This document shows positions 60,717 through 64,000 of a DNA stretch of 64,000 nt, piece after piece. The translations under genes were made by a program, and so were the position numbers. Source of the DNA: Felis catus (lineage: Eukaryota); the NCBI RefSeq assembly GCF_018350175.1, contig NC_058368.1, positions 68,946,001 through 69,010,000 of the forward strand. The letters run 5' to 3'. The notes below the pieces were generated by a model. That model searched no databases. It had not been told where the DNA came from and worked only from the letters and a program-made list of their open reading frames with translations. Numbering within the stretch: position 1 is the first letter of the stretch; each line of letters opens with the position of its first letter.

Positions 60717-61239
60717 CAGGGGTCAACTAGACTACTATTAGACCAAAGCTGAGGTAGAGCTCACACCAGTGGGAAAGAGATTCGGCATGGGAGATGGGGA
60801 CATCAGCACAACAACCCATGAACAAAGAGCCAGGACAAGTTAGCCTTGTTCCATAATCACAGCCATAATCACAGCAAGCTGAGAGTGGTACAATAGCCAT
60901 GCAATCTCAAGGTATCAATAAAACCTTTGGCTGGGGTCACTGGGTCATTTTGTTCCCTAGTTATTGCACTAAATGATGTGTAGGAAATATCTGGGGACAG
61001 AACAAAGCCACCTACACTGGGACCCAGGGAAAACCACACAGATTTGACAATTACAATCACAGAGGCAAAGTTGTGGTATAACCTGTATCCTTCAGCCTGA
61101 CAGAAATGCTTGCTGAAAAGCTGTAAATGAATAGTAAGTACTTTTGTAAACCTATACTTTTCTTTTTTTAAAAAAATATTTTAGTAACTTTTATTTAGAC
61201 TAACCTTCTCACAGACAACAACCATGAATCCTGAAAACA

Positions 61240-61520
61240 AATTATTTTATTTCAGCTTCATTGCAATATAATTGACATATAACATCGTGTGAGTTTAAGG
61301 TGTGCAACAAGTTGATTTGATATATTTACATATTGCAAAACGATTACCACCATAGCCTTAGCTAACACCTCTGACAACTCACATAGCTACCATTTATCTT
61401 TTGTGGTGAGGACACTTTTTAGACCTATTCTCCTAGCAACTTCCAAGTACATACTACAGTGTTATTAACTATAATCACCATGCGGTACAGTAGATCCCCA
61501 AAACTTATCCATCTTATCCT
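61240..61520 (-). mobile_element. L1 3' end fragment
   Basis: Similar to the L1 3'UTR at ~10125-10300 (tattgcaaaacgattaccaccatag...). Confidence 0.75.
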
Positions 61521-61654
61521 ATCCTATCCATCCATTTAGTACTTTCCTAAATCTTTGGATATAAATTAGACGGGAATTTGAAACCAAAACAGTAGTTTTA
61601 TCAGAATCACATCTCTAGAATCTGACTATAATGCAACAAGACAATGAGCAGAAC

Positions 61655-61867
61655 CCAGCCAACAACAGCTGAAGGGTCGCATCCAGCCTGCATCTTTATT
61701 TGTAAATAAAGATTTATTGGGATGCTGCCATGGTCATTCATTAACGGACTGTCTGCTTTCATGCTACAACAGCAGAGTTGAGTAGTTGTGACAGGTACCA
61801 TATTGCTGACAAAGCCAAAATGTCTACTCACTATCTGTCCCTTTACAATAAAGTTGGCTGGCACCTT
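61655..61867 (+). mobile_element. MER58-like hAT relic
   Basis: tttgtaaataaagatttattgg...ctgctttcatgctacaacagcagagttgagtagttgtgacag...ccctttacaataaagttggctg. Confidence 0.75.
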
Positions 61868-62699
61868 AATTAGATTTGGTTTTTACAGTGGAATGTGATA
61901 TATGGTAACCTCATGACTGTGATTGTCAATTGGTATCTACTACCTGACTCAAACTTGGAAAAGGCAGCAAATACATCTGTCGCGTTCTCTCGTTCACAGC
62001 TGCATCCGCTTCACAACACAGGGCTTAGGACAGAATGGGTGCCAGTGAATGTCTGCTGAGCATATATGCGCTTAGGGAAGGACTTAGACGCAAAGCCCTC
62101 ATCCTCCAAAGAAATCTCCCCTTAAAGAGACACAAAGCATTTACTTGCTATGGAATTGTGTAGCATTTGTCCATAACTGGCTTTGTTTGGGATTTTGTTA
62201 TCTTTCTTCTTCATGCTATTTGAAAAATCCTGATTTGAGCTGGTCGAGGAAAAGAAGGAAAGAAGCACTTGGCAATTGTACCTGGAGTACATGGAATTTC
62301 ACATCAGTCTTCTCTGCATCTGTTTCCTGAATCGTGTCTGGAATATTGATTTGGTAGATGAAGACTGACCCCAGACTTTCCCAAAGGTCTCTCAGTGCTT
62401 CTAACCCTCAAGCTTCACTGTGTCCCTGACCTATTGCCAGGTTTTTCTCAGACTTTGCTGTGTGAAGGGTGAGACCTCATGCAAGTCAAGTGACCTGACT
62501 TCCAAGTGTGTGGGCTGAGAACGAAAGTAAAAATATTCACTTCAGAGAAAATGGTATCTTCCAAGGCATTCATTCATTCAACAATTGTTTATTAAGTGGC
62601 TATTCGATGCTGAGCATTCATCTAGGTACAGGAGATGTGGCAGCAAACAAAACAGGCAAAAATAAAATAAAATTCTTGCCCTCATAAACATTCTGGTTA

Positions 62700-62733
62700 T
62701 GTGTGTGTACATGTATGTGTGTGTGTGTGTGTG

Positions 62734-62768
<35 letters not shown>
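62700..62768. repeat. (TG)n microsatellite
   Basis: Interrupted TG run. Confidence 0.9.
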
Positions 62769-62775
<7 letters not shown>

Positions 62776-62797
62776 GGAGAGAGGCAAATTTATTTCC

Positions 62798-63000
62798 GGG
62801 TGCCTGAGTGGCTCCGTCAGTTAAGCATGCAACTCTTGATTTTGGCTCAGGTCATGATCTCACAGTTCATGAGTTTGAGCCCCATGTTGGGCTCTGTGCT
62901 GACAGTGAGGAGCCTGCTTAGGATTCTCTCTTTCTCCCTCTCTTCCTGCCACTCACTTGCTCCCACTCTTCTCTCTCTCAAAAATAAATAAATATCTTTT
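62798..63000 (+). mobile_element. Can-SINE
   Basis: Head gggtgcctgagtggctc, A-rich tail. Confidence 0.9.
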
Positions 63001-64000
63001 AAAAAGTTTTGGTTACATTGAGTAAACATAGAGTATGCCAGATAGTAATAAGTTCTACAGAGAAAAATAAAGCAAGAAAGGATGAGAGAGAGCGCTAGGC
63101 TGAGAAGGGGGGAAACTTCAAGTAGCATATCCCTTGATGTATTTGAAATATCTATTGATAATCTGGAATACAGTCTCCCTATTCACTGTCATGGTGGTAA
63201 GTTAATGAGCTCTTTCCTTAACATTCAGCATTATCAGAAGAAACACCACCATCATTGTACTAGAAAGGTCGTTGGCTATCTGATCCTCACCTCAGGGATG
63301 AAAGGAAAAGAAGTCGTTTATGGAAAATTCACCTGTGCTGGGGCTTGAAACTCTTAGCACTGGAACAGTGGCAATTCATCCCCTGCCTTGAGCTTCTTGT
63401 CTGCACCTTTGCTGTAACCCATGGGGCCAAGTGAGGTGGTACCTTGGTCCACCCAGAAAGTCCAGAAACAGAACACAAAGGTTGAGTGATGCAGGCAACT
63501 TAGCGACAGGCTTTCCAAACTGATGTAGACATTTACTCATAGGGCCTGGACATGTGGGTGAGCCAGGGAACTATTCTCTCATACTCCCTTCACTTCCTGG
63601 GCATTTTCCAAACGGAGAGAAGGACGCAGTGCTTCAGAAATTCTGATTAGAGGGCTCAGTGATCACCTATGAAAACCCTCCTTTGCACTTGCCAAGGCCT
63701 ACCCAGCAGTGCTATGCTCTGTAAGAAAGCAGGCCCTGGGGGCAGGGCTTGATCTGAAGCATGCCCTGAACACACTGAAAACCATGGCAAATGACCTCCT
63801 GGAAAACTTCACTGGTTTGGCCAACCAGCTTGAATCATTCACAAAACCACTCCAGGAGCATTGTACCGATATGAGAGCTTAGCATGAACATCTAGCCACT
63901 ATCTCTCTTGCCCTGATCAATGAGAGGGCCTTCAGTGCTGGCTGAAACAAAGCCTTCACACATCTCAGAGTGTGCAAAGAAGCTGTGTGACCCACCCTCC

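Noticed and set aside
5877..63128. Recurring ORFs containing GAWVAQSVKRPT / AQVMISRF / LSLSQK
   Set aside because: Translations of Can-SINE copies, not genes.

Overview
Mammalian genomic DNA, almost certainly a felid carnivore, judged from the many tRNA-derived Can-SINEs of cat (SINEC_Fc-like) type. The window holds the complete two-exon RAP2A small GTPase gene on the + strand: CpG-island promoter/5'UTR (~1-1650), CDS 1276-1589 + 33135-33372 (183 aa, ending CCSACNIQ), a 31.5-kb intron and a ~3.6-kb 3'UTR ending near AATAAA at 36990. The remaining ~27 kb is intergenic and repeat-rich (SINEs, L1, MaLR/ERVL LTRs, MER DNA transposons, microsatellites). The most interesting signal is on the minus strand inside the RAP2A intron. 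There, an ordered series of AG..GT-bounded, mostly phase-compatible but stop/frameshift-damaged exon-like segments translates to a Ser/Thr-rich region, EGF-like, SEA-like, EGF-Ca-like, SEA-like, EGF-like, transmembrane-like and cytoplasmic pieces, ending at a poly(A) signal. This suggests a decayed, nested antisense gene (candidate unitary pseudogene) for a HEG1/MUC13/UMODL1-type membrane protein. This model was made by eye and needs a homology search. Several unusual SINE integration structures are also reported. Repeat family names and boundaries are by recognition and approximate.
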